Below, one piece after another: positions 18,801 to 27,277 of a stretch of DNA of 64,000 bases (its first letter is position 1; each line of letters starts with the position of its first letter). Under the pieces are notes generated by a model. It was not told the DNA's origin and searched no databases. It saw only the letters and a program-made list of their open reading frames with translations. The position numbers and the translations under genes were made by a program. This stretch comes from Burkholderiaceae bacterium. GTDB taxonomy: Bacteria; Pseudomonadota; Gammaproteobacteria; Burkholderiales; Burkholderiaceae_C. The DNA lies in the NCBI GenBank assembly GCA_023150375.1, contig JAKLLA010000020.1, positions 13,389 through 77,388 on the forward strand. Direction: 5' to 3'.

Positions 18801-18851
18801 ATGGGCGTCGCGGAGTTCCTGGCCCGCGAAACCCGCAGCGCCGACCGATGA
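15825..18851 (+). CDS. cas10: Cas10/Cmr2, type III-B large subunit
   Basis: 1008 aa. N-terminal HD-type motif (KLHARLHDPAEKALVLL), the Palm/cyclase motif LIYAGGDDVLAMLP, and its position between cmr1 and cmr3. Confidence 0.92.
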   Translation: MTIPHDTLWQTKLHARLHDPAEKALVLLRDPEGHEGGSSRALHRLMGFQRIDAANIDPDNDEVLHRALFKQGIPAAMYQTVKRADWWAAAADRPQWPMQEITVTTKKGEQKTLKVAPGSQVRWAKEPVLIHPLTGAEYHLGGLRDTELDDLKSRCFEHTAALIQRRPDGEVDWTRTLFALWRFGPELSEAQDNGTLGALWPLLPADTRVPDHSIWDHLDLTSAFAGAFAADPQGEVALLTLAIGPVQNFIAAARSTSDLWAGSHLLARLAWEAMKPVCEALGPDAILFPRLRGVPQVDAWLRDDLGLPARLFDGAPWTGKATDANPLFAAALPNRFVALVPASRARELAFQVERAVRGWLQAQGQTVVDRLLQEAGLDAGRDSHAHRQMRQQLEGFPEVHWAAVPFSLIQPRNAEKQTDLDTRALSAAMAPFFGVPPGQPCGFLTSKAWEVLQKSVRWEGNTVFFDPNPGALYPAVHDLAERALAAAKAVRPFQQQPQAGWRCSLTGETEWLTTDPAHLQLPPGQRKDTLWTIIARKRPAWAKKGEHLGALPALKRLWPQLFAEEVGKRVGDAESGRSARRFVVSTHTMSLAHQLDQWLERGAITPPDLDRALDDHGGETVALPRRLMRKHARQVGALDDARRLPALLDAADQLDDESAARDLQGLVRRTLGRDAGRLETYYSLLLMDGDRMGAWLAGGDQYAIPYRESFHPQTRAGFEQHAEREPTLRAYGRQPRAVSPNRHLSISAALNDFSLTVVPHVVEEEFLGRLIYAGGDDVLAMLPVADLLPAMQRLRLAYAGHDPAHELGERDRQGLTLHRGFAMLRQGPRMRLMRMMGHKATASAGGVIAHHQAPLGAVLRELRAAESRAKNAGGRNAFSLTVVKRSGGALTVTAKWGEPVALLDALRRWLGQDGVSRRAVYNSLDWIKDLPQDDPAMLASLLSYQLQRQAQGDEARAQAPELARRLAALAFDDALRPAPGSKDKRLDWLAHFMGVAEFLARETRSADR

Positions 18852-20008
18852 GCATGAGCACGAGCATGAACCCGAACCCGAACGTCGTCCATCACCGTTT
18901 CATCGAGCCGCTGGACGTGCTGTTCCTGCGCGGCAACAAGCTCTTCGGCGACGCCGGCAGCTATGGCGAAAGCCTGGTGCCGCCCTGGCCTTCGGTGGCC
19001 GCGGGTGCCCTGCGCAGCGCCATGCTGGCCCGCGACGGCGTCGATCTGGCGGCCTTTGCGCAAGGGCGTGTGACGCACCCGCTGCTGGGGACGCCTGCAG
19101 CGCCGGGTGACTTTGCCGTCGCCGGCTTCGCGCTGGCGCGGCGGCTGGCCGATGGCCGCGTGGAGTCGCTGCACCCGCTGCCCGCCGACCTGGTTGCCCT
19201 GGCCGACGAGAAGGGCGCCGCGCAGCGCTTGCAGCGGCTCGTGCCCACGACGCCGGCGGCCGGGCTGGCCAGTTCGGCGGCGCTGCCCCTGTGGCCCGTG
19301 CTGCCGCAGGGCGAGCGTGGCAAGCCCCTGGGTGGCGTCTGGCTCACGCAGGCGGGCTGGGCCGAGCATCTGGCCGGGCGCACGCCGTCCGTGAACCAGC
19401 TGCTGAAGACCTCCGACCTGTGGGGCCTGGACGAGCGCGTGGGCGTGGGCCTGGATGCCGAGCGGCGCCGTGCCGCCGACGGCCAGCTGTTCACCGTGCA
19501 GGCCGTGGCCCTGCGCGACGGCATCGGCTTTCTGGCCGGCGTGACGGGCTGCGAGCCGCCGTCCGACGGCGTGCTGCGCCTGGGTGGCGACGGCCGCGGC
19601 GCTGCCGTGCGAGTCGCGCGCCATCTGCCGGTGGCCGTGGACCTGGCTGCCATTTGCAAGGCCCGCCGCGCGCGCGTGCTGCTCACCACCCCGGGCCTGT
19701 TTGCAGAGGGCTGGCGCCTGCCCGGCACCGATGCCGATCTGCGCCTGCGCTGGCCGGGCCTGAGCGCCCGGCTGGTCTGCGCCGCGGTGGCACGAGCCGA
19801 CGTCGTCAGTGGCTGGGACCTGGCCCAGCGCGCCCCCAAACCGGCCGAGCGCGTGGCGCCGGCCGGCAGCGTCTACTGGCTCGACGACCTGGAGGCCACG
19901 CCCGAGACGCTCGGCAAGCTTGCCGAGCAGGGCCTCTGGATGCACGACTCACACAATGCCCAGCGCCGTGCCGAGGGCTTCAACCGCTACACCTTTGCCG
20001 CCTGGTAA
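18848..20008 (+). CDS. cmr3: Cmr3
   Basis: The start overlaps the cas10 stop (ATGA). HHRFIEPLDVLFLRGNKLFGDAGSYGESLVPPWPSVAAGALRSAM matches the Cmr3 N-terminal signature. Confidence 0.85.
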   Translation: MSMSTSMNPNPNVVHHRFIEPLDVLFLRGNKLFGDAGSYGESLVPPWPSVAAGALRSAMLARDGVDLAAFAQGRVTHPLLGTPAAPGDFAVAGFALARRLADGRVESLHPLPADLVALADEKGAAQRLQRLVPTTPAAGLASSAALPLWPVLPQGERGKPLGGVWLTQAGWAEHLAGRTPSVNQLLKTSDLWGLDERVGVGLDAERRRAADGQLFTVQAVALRDGIGFLAGVTGCEPPSDGVLRLGGDGRGAAVRVARHLPVAVDLAAICKARRARVLLTTPGLFAEGWRLPGTDADLRLRWPGLSARLVCAAVARADVVSGWDLAQRAPKPAERVAPAGSVYWLDDLEATPETLGKLAEQGLWMHDSHNAQRRAEGFNRYTFAAW

Positions 20009-20031
20009 GCCGGGCTGAACGCTTCACCTGA

Positions 20032-20943
<912 letters not shown>

Positions 20944-20948
20944 AGACC

Positions 20949-21329
20949 ATGGCACAGACCCTCGAACAGAAACGTGCGGCCGATGCCTGGGCCCGTGCGC
21001 AGGGCTGCAGCAGCGACTACCAGAACCTGGCCAAGGGGCTGCCTGCGCTCATCATGAACAGCGGGCTGATGCAGGTGCTGGCCTTCCTGCACGAGAAGGG
21101 CAGCAAGTCCTCCCAGGCGCACTGCCAGGTGCTGGGCGACCACCTGCGCGCGTGGCTGTGCCAGCGCTTTCCGAAGGAGCTGCCCAAGGCCGACTTTGCC
21201 AGCTTCATGCAGGCGCTGATGAAGGCCGAGCCGCGCAGCTTCCAGGCCATCACCACCGAGGCCTTTGCCTGGCTGCGCTGGGTGCGGCAGATGGCGCCCG
21301 CCGCGCGGGCGTCGGGCGGGGAGCGCTGA
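20949..21329 (+). CDS. cmr5: Cmr5 (small subunit)
   Basis: MAQTLEQKRAADAWARAQ...GLPALIMNSGLMQVLAFLHEKG is the Cmr5 pattern. The track start at 20940 is a TTG; the ATG at 20949 is preferred. Confidence 0.8.
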   Translation: MAQTLEQKRAADAWARAQGCSSDYQNLAKGLPALIMNSGLMQVLAFLHEKGSKSSQAHCQVLGDHLRAWLCQRFPKELPKADFASFMQALMKAEPRSFQAITTEAFAWLRWVRQMAPAARASGGER

Positions 21330-21330
21330 C

Positions 21331-22602
21331 ATGGCCATTGCCGCCGTACCGGCCTACCTGGGCCAGGACCACTCGCAGGCCTCGCCCGGCCTGCGCTTTG
21401 GCATGTACCTGCCGCTGTGGGGGGTGGATGCGCGAACGGGTCAGCCGTTGTGGACGACGCATGACCTCAATGAACGCACTTCGGGGCCACGCCAGGAGCT
21501 GCGCGAGTTCAAGGACGAGAACAAGTCGGCTGCGCTGAAGCAGGCCTTGAAACTGGGGAGCCGTGACCTGGCTTTGATGCGCGCTGTGGCCGACCGGCAA
21601 TCTGCTGCTGCCGCCGCGCAGGCCGCAGCGGGCCATCTGCTGCGGCTCGATGCCCTCTCCACCGCCCCCTTCACCACCGGCCTGGGCAACGAACACCCGC
21701 TGGAGAACGGCTTCGCCTTCCTCAACCCCTACGGCCTGCCTTACCTGCCCGGCAGTGGCGTGAAGGGCGTGCTGCGTCAGGCGGCGCGCGAACTGCACAG
21801 CGGCGACTGGGGAGACGCGAAAGGCTGGACCGAAGACGCCATCACCCATCTGTTCGGGCTGGAAAGCGACGACGGCGACAAGAACCACCAGCGCGGCGCG
21901 CTGAATTTCTGGGACGTCCTGCCGCAGCTGGCCGGCGACTGCCTGCAGGTGGAGGTGATGACACCCCACCAGAGCCACTACTACCAGCAGCGCCGTGACG
22001 CCCGCAGCGGTGACAGCACCACCCCGCACGACAGCGGCCAGCCCAACCCGATCCACTTCCTGACGGTGCCGCCCGGCTCGCGCTTTGCGTTCCATGTCCA
22101 GTGCGACGTGCCGTTCCTAGCGCGTCATGCCAAGGAACTGGCCGAAGGCGGGCGCTGGCAGGTGCTGCTGCGGGCCGCCTTCGAACACGCCTTCGCCTGG
22201 CTGGGCTTCGGCGCGAAGACGGCTGTCGGCTATGGGGCGATGGAGATCGATGTCGAGCGCGAGCGCAAGGCAGCGCAGTTGCAACGGGAGAGGGCGCAGG
22301 CCGAGGCCGAACAGCGCCGCCAGGAAGAACGGGAGGCAGCCAAGACCAAGATGTCTCCCGCCGACCGCGCGATGGCCGACCTGTACGACCAGCGCATCGA
22401 CAAGAACCAGGACGAGCGCTCGGTGCTGTTCTCGGCGCTGAAGGCCGGCAAGCTCGTTGAGCACCGCGCTGCAGCCGCCGAGCGACTGAAGGCGTTGATG
22501 CAGCAGCAGGGCCGCTGGCGGGAGAAGTCGGAGAAGAAGAATCCCGACAAGGACCAGCCCTACCAGGACACCCAGCAGGTCAAGAGGTGGCTGGGTTCCT
22601 GA
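21331..22602 (+). CDS. cmr6: Cmr6 with about 108-aa C-terminal extension
   Basis: The ATG at 21331 lies 1 nt after the cmr5 stop. LPYLPGSGVKGVLRQAAR, EVMTPHQSHYY and WLGFGAKTAVGYGAM are Cmr6 RAMP motifs. The canonical end (about residue 315) is followed by a charged helical tail (ERERKAAQLQRERAQAEAEQRRQEEREAAK...). Confidence 0.85.
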   Translation: MAIAAVPAYLGQDHSQASPGLRFGMYLPLWGVDARTGQPLWTTHDLNERTSGPRQELREFKDENKSAALKQALKLGSRDLALMRAVADRQSAAAAAQAAAGHLLRLDALSTAPFTTGLGNEHPLENGFAFLNPYGLPYLPGSGVKGVLRQAARELHSGDWGDAKGWTEDAITHLFGLESDDGDKNHQRGALNFWDVLPQLAGDCLQVEVMTPHQSHYYQQRRDARSGDSTTPHDSGQPNPIHFLTVPPGSRFAFHVQCDVPFLARHAKELAEGGRWQVLLRAAFEHAFAWLGFGAKTAVGYGAMEIDVERERKAAQLQRERAQAEAEQRRQEEREAAKTKMSPADRAMADLYDQRIDKNQDERSVLFSALKAGKLVEHRAAAAERLKALMQQQGRWREKSEKKNPDKDQPYQDTQQVKRWLGS

Positions 22603-22606
22603 TTCC

Positions 22607-22999
22607 TCACCGCCCCGCCATGACCCCCCCCCAAGCCTCCCGCGGCCCCACGACCCTCATGCCCCCACGCGGATCCCAGCCCAGCACCCGCTGGTCGCCG
22701 GTCACGAACAGCTCGGCACCGGCCCGTTCGGCGGCGGCCACCAGCCGTGCGTCGGCATCGTCGGCGGGGTCGTCCACGTCAGGCACACCCGTGGCACGGG
22801 CCCACAGCAGATCGAAGCGCAGCACCGCCTGCGCATGGCGGGCGAACTTGCGCTGCAGCACCTCGTGGGTCTCGCGGCGCACCAGGTTGCTGGTCAGGAC
22901 CTCATGCCCACCTTCGTGCAGCGCGACCAGCAGTTCGGCGCACAGGCCCGGGAAGACGATGGCCGACAGCCAGACGTTGGTGTCGAGGAAGACCTTCAT
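22607..22999 (-). CDS. PIN-domain toxin (VapC-like)
   Basis: MKVFLDTNVWLSAI...ADARLVAAAERAGAELFVTGDQRVL is the PIN acidic-residue pattern. Start taken from the internal ATG of track ORF 22607..23176. Its stop lies 5 nt from the cmr6 stop (convergent). Confidence 0.8.
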   Translation of the reverse strand: MKVFLDTNVWLSAIVFPGLCAELLVALHEGGHEVLTSNLVRRETHEVLQRKFARHAQAVLRFDLLWARATGVPDVDDPADDADARLVAAAERAGAELFVTGDQRVLGWDPRGGMRVVGPREAWGGVMAGR

Positions 23000-23022
23000 G
23001 GCCGGCTGTGGCGGCACAGGCT

Positions 23023-23241
23023 TCAGGATACGTCGCGCAGGATGTCGTCTTCCGTCAGCCAGCCGCCGGCGCGGGCCTGCGGGCCCAGTTCGTCGTGCAG
23101 CTGGCGCAGCGTCTCGCGCAGCGCCTGGGCGCGCAGGGCGTCGCGCACCAGCTCGCTGCGGGTGCGGCCGGTCCACTGCACCAGTCGGTCCAGCTCGGCG
23201 GCTTCTTCGTCGTTCAGGCGCACGGTCAGGACGGCGGACAT
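23023..23241 (-). CDS. ribbon-helix-helix (CopG-type) antitoxin
   Basis: MSAVLTVRLNDEEAAELDRLVQWTGRTRSELVRDALRA is an RHH fold signature. It lies directly upstream of the PIN gene. Start taken from the internal ATG of track ORF 23023..23406. Confidence 0.75.
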   Translation of the reverse strand: MSAVLTVRLNDEEAAELDRLVQWTGRTRSELVRDALRAQALRETLRQLHDELGPQARAGGWLTEDDILRDVS

Positions 23242-23260
23242 GGAAACTCCAGGAGGGTGT

Positions 23261-24430
23261 ATGACACTGTCAGACGACTTCGATTGTGGAGTGGTATCGA
23301 CCGAGCCGCAACCCACCGCGGCCGCGTCTCTTCGCGGTGATCTGCCGGTGGTGGCGCAGCCCCTGCCGACCACGCTCCCCCTCACCCGCCTGCGCCTGAC
23401 CGCCATCGCCCAGGCCGACCTGCCGCTGCCCGACTACGCCGGCTCGCTGCTGCGCGGCGCTTTCGGTGCCGCCCTGCGCCGCGGCGCCTGCATGACCGGT
23501 TTGACGCAGTGCCGCGACTGTGCGCTGTGGCGCAGCTGTCCCTACCCGGCGGTGTTCGAGACGCCGCCGGCGCCCACCCAGTTCGGCCAGCAGTTCAGCG
23601 CCGTGCCCAACCCCTACGTGATCGAGCCGCCGCCCATCGGCCTGCGCCGTGTGGCGGCCGGGCAGCCGCTGGTGTTCCACCTCGTGCTCTTCGGCGAGGC
23701 CACGCTGCGCCAGCTGCCGTTGATCGTGCACGCCTGGCAGCGCGCGCTGCGCCACGGGCTGGGGCGCGAACGCATCGGCAGCGAGCTGGTGGAGGTGGCG
23801 GCCGTCCTGCCCGCAGCGGCGGGCGGTGACGAGCGGATCCCGGTCTGGGATGCCGAGAGTGCCCGTGTCCAGTCGCAGTCGTTGGCGCAGACGGCGCTGC
23901 CGTGGCCGAACCAGGCGCCGGCCGGGCTCACCCAGCTGACCCTGCAGATCCACACCCCCCTGCGCCTGCAGCACGACGGCCACGCACTCGGGCCAGGCGA
24001 GTTGAGCCTGCGCACCCTGCTCGCCCAGTTGCTGCGCCGGCTGAATCTGGTGCTGGACCTGCACTGCGGCATCCGGCCCGCCCCCTTCGACGCGCCGGCC
24101 CTGCTGGCCGCCGCCGAAGCCGGTCTGCGCGACGACCGCAGCGGCCTGCAGTGGCAGGACTGGCGGCGCTACTCCGCCCGCCAGCGCCAGGAGATGACCC
24201 TGGGCGGCGTGCTCGGCCGCTGGACGCTCAGCGGCGACAGCGCCGTGCTGGCGCAGCTCTGGCCCTGGCTCTGGCTGGGCCAGTGGCTGCACCTGGGCAA
24301 GAACGCGACGATGGGGATGGGCGGCTATCGCCTGGCTTGGGGCGCCGACGGGCCGGTCCCCGATTTGCCTGCCTGCATGAAAGAATCCATCACCTCAACG
24401 GCGCAAGCGCGCAAGGAGCCGGCATGCTGA
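23261..24430 (+). CDS. cas6: Cas6-family pre-crRNA endoribonuclease (DUF2276/PF10040-like RAMP)
   Basis: The ATG at 23261 follows AGGAGGG. It has a Cys cluster (CMTGLTQCRDCALWRSCPYPAVFE), NPYVIEPP, and a C-terminal G-rich loop (HLGKNATMGMGGYRL). The longer track ORF 22835..24430 runs antisense through the TA pair. Confidence 0.8.
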   Translation: MTLSDDFDCGVVSTEPQPTAAASLRGDLPVVAQPLPTTLPLTRLRLTAIAQADLPLPDYAGSLLRGAFGAALRRGACMTGLTQCRDCALWRSCPYPAVFETPPAPTQFGQQFSAVPNPYVIEPPPIGLRRVAAGQPLVFHLVLFGEATLRQLPLIVHAWQRALRHGLGRERIGSELVEVAAVLPAAAGGDERIPVWDAESARVQSQSLAQTALPWPNQAPAGLTQLTLQIHTPLRLQHDGHALGPGELSLRTLLAQLLRRLNLVLDLHCGIRPAPFDAPALLAAAEAGLRDDRSGLQWQDWRRYSARQRQEMTLGGVLGRWTLSGDSAVLAQLWPWLWLGQWLHLGKNATMGMGGYRLAWGADGPVPDLPACMKESITSTAQARKEPAC

Positions 24431-24741
24431 CCCAGCAGGTGATCGACCAGGCGGTGCGGGTTCTGGCCGATGCGGCCCAACCGCGCAGCATCGTGTTGTT
24501 CGGCTCGCACGCGAGGGGTGAGGCACGAGCCGACTCGGATCTCGACCTGCTCGTGGTCGAAGACGAGGTCCATGATCGGGCCGGCGAGATGGTCAGGCTG
24601 CGACGCGCCCTGCGGCCGCTGCGCATTCCGGTGGACATCCTGGTGGCCTCGGTGGCGGAGGTGGAAAGCCGCCGTGTGCAGCCTGGCCACGTGCTGTACT
24701 GGGCGATGCAGGAAGGGCGGGAGGTCTATGCCGGATCCTGA
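24424..24741 (+). CDS. nucleotidyltransferase-domain protein (MNT-type antitoxin)
   Basis: MLTQQVIDQAVRVLADAAQPRSIVLFGSHARGEARADSDLDLLVV is the GSxxRGxxxxxSDxDL minimal-NTase motif. The ATG overlaps the cas6 3' end by 7 nt. Confidence 0.85.
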   Translation: MLTQQVIDQAVRVLADAAQPRSIVLFGSHARGEARADSDLDLLVVEDEVHDRAGEMVRLRRALRPLRIPVDILVASVAEVESRRVQPGHVLYWAMQEGREVYAGS

Positions 24742-25120
24742 CTTTGCCGAGCAGTTGCTGACGGCTGCCGAGCGTGACCTGACGGTCTGGCGAAAGCTGG
24801 TGAACGATGCCGATGTGCATGACGCCGTGCTCGGGTTCCATGCCCAGCAGGCGGTGGAAAAGCTGCTGAAGGCGGTGCTGGCCCGGGCTGGCGTGGTCTT
24901 TCGCCGTACCCACGATCTCGCGGAGTTGCTGGACGTCCTGCATGACGCCGGCCTGCCGGATCCGCCGCATGCCGAGCGGCTCGATGAGCTGAACCCCTTT
25001 GCCGTCGAGGCTCGCTACGGCATGGGGGGAGAGGGGTCGCTGATGCGTGAAGAGGTGGGGCGCTGGCTCGATGCGCTGTGGGCATGGGCACTGGCTCAGG
25101 TCCGTGGCGACGCCTGCTGA
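24728..25120 (+). CDS. HEPN-domain protein (partner of MNT)
   Basis: LLTAAERDLTVWRKL...HAQQAVEKLLKAVLARAGVVFRRTHDLAELL is the HEPN (PF05168-like) pattern with the R..THDL motif. It overlaps the MNT 3' end by 14 nt. Confidence 0.85.
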   Translation: MPDPDFAEQLLTAAERDLTVWRKLVNDADVHDAVLGFHAQQAVEKLLKAVLARAGVVFRRTHDLAELLDVLHDAGLPDPPHAERLDELNPFAVEARYGMGGEGSLMREEVGRWLDALWAWALAQVRGDAC

Positions 25121-25440
25121 TGCCGATGAGCCGCACCTTCTTCCTCTCCCGCCACCCCGGCGCCATCGAATGGGCACGCCGCCAGGGACTGGGGGTCGAC
25201 CAGTGGCTGGCGCACCTGGACGTGGCGCAGGTGCAGCCGGGCGACACCGTGATCGGCACCCTGCCCATCCACCTGGCCGCGCAGGTCTGCGCGCGCGGTG
25301 GGCGTTACCTGCACCTGAGCCTGGATGTGCCGCCGCAGTGGCGCGGGCGGGAGCTGACGGCCGATGAGCTGGAGGCGGCGGGGGCGCGGCTGGAGGGATT
25401 CACAGTGACTTCGATGCATGAGGAAGAGGGCCATGCCTGA
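25120..25440 (+). CDS. csx16: Csx16 (VVA1548-family) CRISPR-associated protein
   Basis: MSRTFFLSRHPGAIEWARRQGLGVD...VQPGDTVIGTLPIHLAAQVCARGGRYLHLSLDVPPQWRGRELTADEL matches my memory of the Cas_VVA1548 consensus. The start is either 25120 (overlapping the HEPN TGA) or 25126. Confidence 0.65.
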   Translation: MPMSRTFFLSRHPGAIEWARRQGLGVDQWLAHLDVAQVQPGDTVIGTLPIHLAAQVCARGGRYLHLSLDVPPQWRGRELTADELEAAGARLEGFTVTSMHEEEGHA

Positions 25441-26584
25441 CAAAGAGAATCACCAGCGGGTGGTGCATGTGTGCATCGCCACCGGCCAGAACGCGGCGAA
25501 CCTGATCCCACTGGAACAGTACGACGCGCGGGAGGTCTGGATCCTGCAGACACCGACGATGCGCGCCAACGCCGCCAATCTGGCGCAGGCGCTCAAGAAG
25601 GAGGGACGCCAGATCGAGCGCATCGACTTCGATGACAGCAGCCCTCGGCAGCTGGAGACCAGCGCCGAAGCCGTTGCACACCGCCTCGATGGCTGCCACG
25701 TGGTGCTGCACGCAACCGGAGGGACCAAGCTGATGGTCCTGGCCCTGCGCGACGGTTTGCGGCTGGTCGAGGCGGGCAGTGGCACGCTGGAGATCCTCTA
25801 TGCGGAAACCAGCAAGCAGCAGATCGACTGGCTCGGGCATGCGCCGCGGACCGATGCCATGGCCGACGTGCTGGATCTGCGGCTGGCGCTGCTGGTTCAG
25901 GGCTATCGCATCGAAGGGGACAGCCGGCACGCAGCGGCGCAGCAGCGTGCGGCCACGCGTGCCGGCGTGACGCGCGAGATGGGCGAAAACGCCGGGCGTT
26001 ACCGGGGCTCCCTCAGTGCGCTGGCGGGTCGTGCCCGGCGGGCCGCCGACGGCGGGCAGGAACGCGATCTGGTTCAGCACTTCGAGTACGCGCCGGGCGG
26101 GGCACTGGGGCAGCTCCTCGCCAAGGCCGCTCATCACGGGCTGGTCGACTGGGATGGCGGTGAGACGGTCCGTTTCACCAGTCGGGAGGTGGCCGAGTAC
26201 TTTGCGGGCGGCTGGATCGAGGAATTCGTCCTGCTCAAGCTCACCGGCGGCCTCGTGAAGCCGGGGCGCTTCAGCAGCAACCTGCGTGTGCTGTCGGTGG
26301 ACAAGAACGTCCCGAACGAAATCGACGCGATCGTCATCCACCGCAACCGGGTGCTGCTCATCGAATGCAAATCCGGAAAGCAGAGCCGCGCCCAGGATGC
26401 GCTGTACAAGCTGGCTCAGCTGCGCCAGCAGCTCGGCGGCAGCGTCGCCTCGGCCCTGTACCTGAGCGCCCAGCGCGTGGATGAGCAGGTGCTGCAGCGC
26501 GCGGCCGAATACCGCATCGATGTACTGTGCGCCGATGAGGTCGCGAAGTTCGTTCCCTGGCTGCGGGACTGGTTGGAGCGCTGA
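25433..26584 (+). CDS. Card1/Can2-type cOA-activated effector (CARF + PD-(D/E)xK nuclease)
   Basis: N-terminal CARF with VVLHATGGTKLM. C-terminal nuclease motifs GGWIEEFV and NEIDAIVIHRNRVLLIECKSGK (D...ExK). The ATG overlaps the csx16 stop. Confidence 0.8.
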   Translation: MPDKENHQRVVHVCIATGQNAANLIPLEQYDAREVWILQTPTMRANAANLAQALKKEGRQIERIDFDDSSPRQLETSAEAVAHRLDGCHVVLHATGGTKLMVLALRDGLRLVEAGSGTLEILYAETSKQQIDWLGHAPRTDAMADVLDLRLALLVQGYRIEGDSRHAAAQQRAATRAGVTREMGENAGRYRGSLSALAGRARRAADGGQERDLVQHFEYAPGGALGQLLAKAAHHGLVDWDGGETVRFTSREVAEYFAGGWIEEFVLLKLTGGLVKPGRFSSNLRVLSVDKNVPNEIDAIVIHRNRVLLIECKSGKQSRAQDALYKLAQLRQQLGGSVASALYLSAQRVDEQVLQRAAEYRIDVLCADEVAKFVPWLRDWLER

Positions 26585-26619
26585 GACCTGCGGGACGGCC
26601 CGTCCCCACTGCCGCCTGC

Positions 26620-26774
26620 GCCCGCCCCCGCGTACGCCGCAGCGCACCGGGATAGACCGCGCCGCGGTGAAGACGCCTGATGGAGGCCGCCTTTCGGTGG
26701 GCGACCGGTGGGTCGAGGGCCTGGAGGTGAAGGGATGGAGAGTCGACTAGCGACAGAATCGGGTCGTACCGGAT
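26620..26774 (+). repeat. decayed copy of the cas2-like 3' end plus CRISPR leader
   Basis: By eye, gcccgcccccgcgtacgccgcagcgcaccgggaTAGACCGCgccgcggtgaagacgcc aligns with gcccgccgccgcgtgcgccgcagcgccctggcgTAGACTGCacagcggtgacgacccc at 33057-33114. About 27 of 33 nt match before the TAG and about 20 of 25 after it. A gaggccgc block follows, then the similarity fades. Confidence 0.45.
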
Positions 26775-26950
26775 ATCTGGACAATGCCCTGTTTTCCAAG
26801 GGATTGAGACCTGGGGTTGACAAAGACGATGGACTTTTTCATCGCGGCTGAACCGATTCCCTGCTTTGGAAGGGATTGAGGCTGGAGTTTGATCTGGTTC
26901 TTGATCAACGTGTGGCCTGAGCCGATGCCCTGTTTCGAAGGGATCAATGG
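26775..26950 (+). CRISPR. degenerate 3-repeat remnant CRISPR array
   Basis: Three units: atctggacaatgccctgttttccaagggattgagac (26775-26810), ggctgaaccgattccctgctttggaagggattgaggc (26846-26882) and gcctgagccgatgccctgtttcgaagggatcaatgg (26915-26950). They are separated by 35-nt and 32-nt spacers of lower GC. The units resemble the array-2 variant (aaCcg). Confidence 0.6.
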
Positions 26951-27019
26951 TTGCAGGGGGCTCCGATCCCACCGCGTCAACGTTGACGCGGCACGGCGCC
27001 GAAGCGGTCGGCAAACAGA

Positions 27020-27277
27020 ATGGCTGCATTGCAGGACAACCGAAGCAACGCAGCCATGCACAGCACCAACAGCACCCAGACCCGTTCCTCCACGCAGCGT
27101 CGGCGCGACGCTGCGGTCGTGGCGCCGATTGCGCCTGTCGTGAAGGCCGTGGACCTCGGGCCCGGCAAGGCGGGAGTCGTCGTGGCGGCCGGCGCGATGC
27201 TGGTCGGCGGACCGCTCGCGCTCGGACTGGGGGCGGCCTGGGGCGCCTGGCGGCTCTGGAAGGGTGGCCGCGACTGA
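27020..27277 (+). CDS. small membrane protein (C-terminal glycine-zipper TM helix)
   Basis: 85 aa, or 73 aa from the ATG at 27056. It has GC3-rich codons and a polar N-terminal part, then GKAGVVVAAGAMLVGGPLALGLGAAWGAWRLWKGGRD. There is no clear SD, and the start is uncertain. Confidence 0.5.
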   Translation: MAALQDNRSNAAMHSTNSTQTRSSTQRRRDAAVVAPIAPVVKAVDLGPGKAGVVVAAGAMLVGGPLALGLGAAWGAWRLWKGGRD

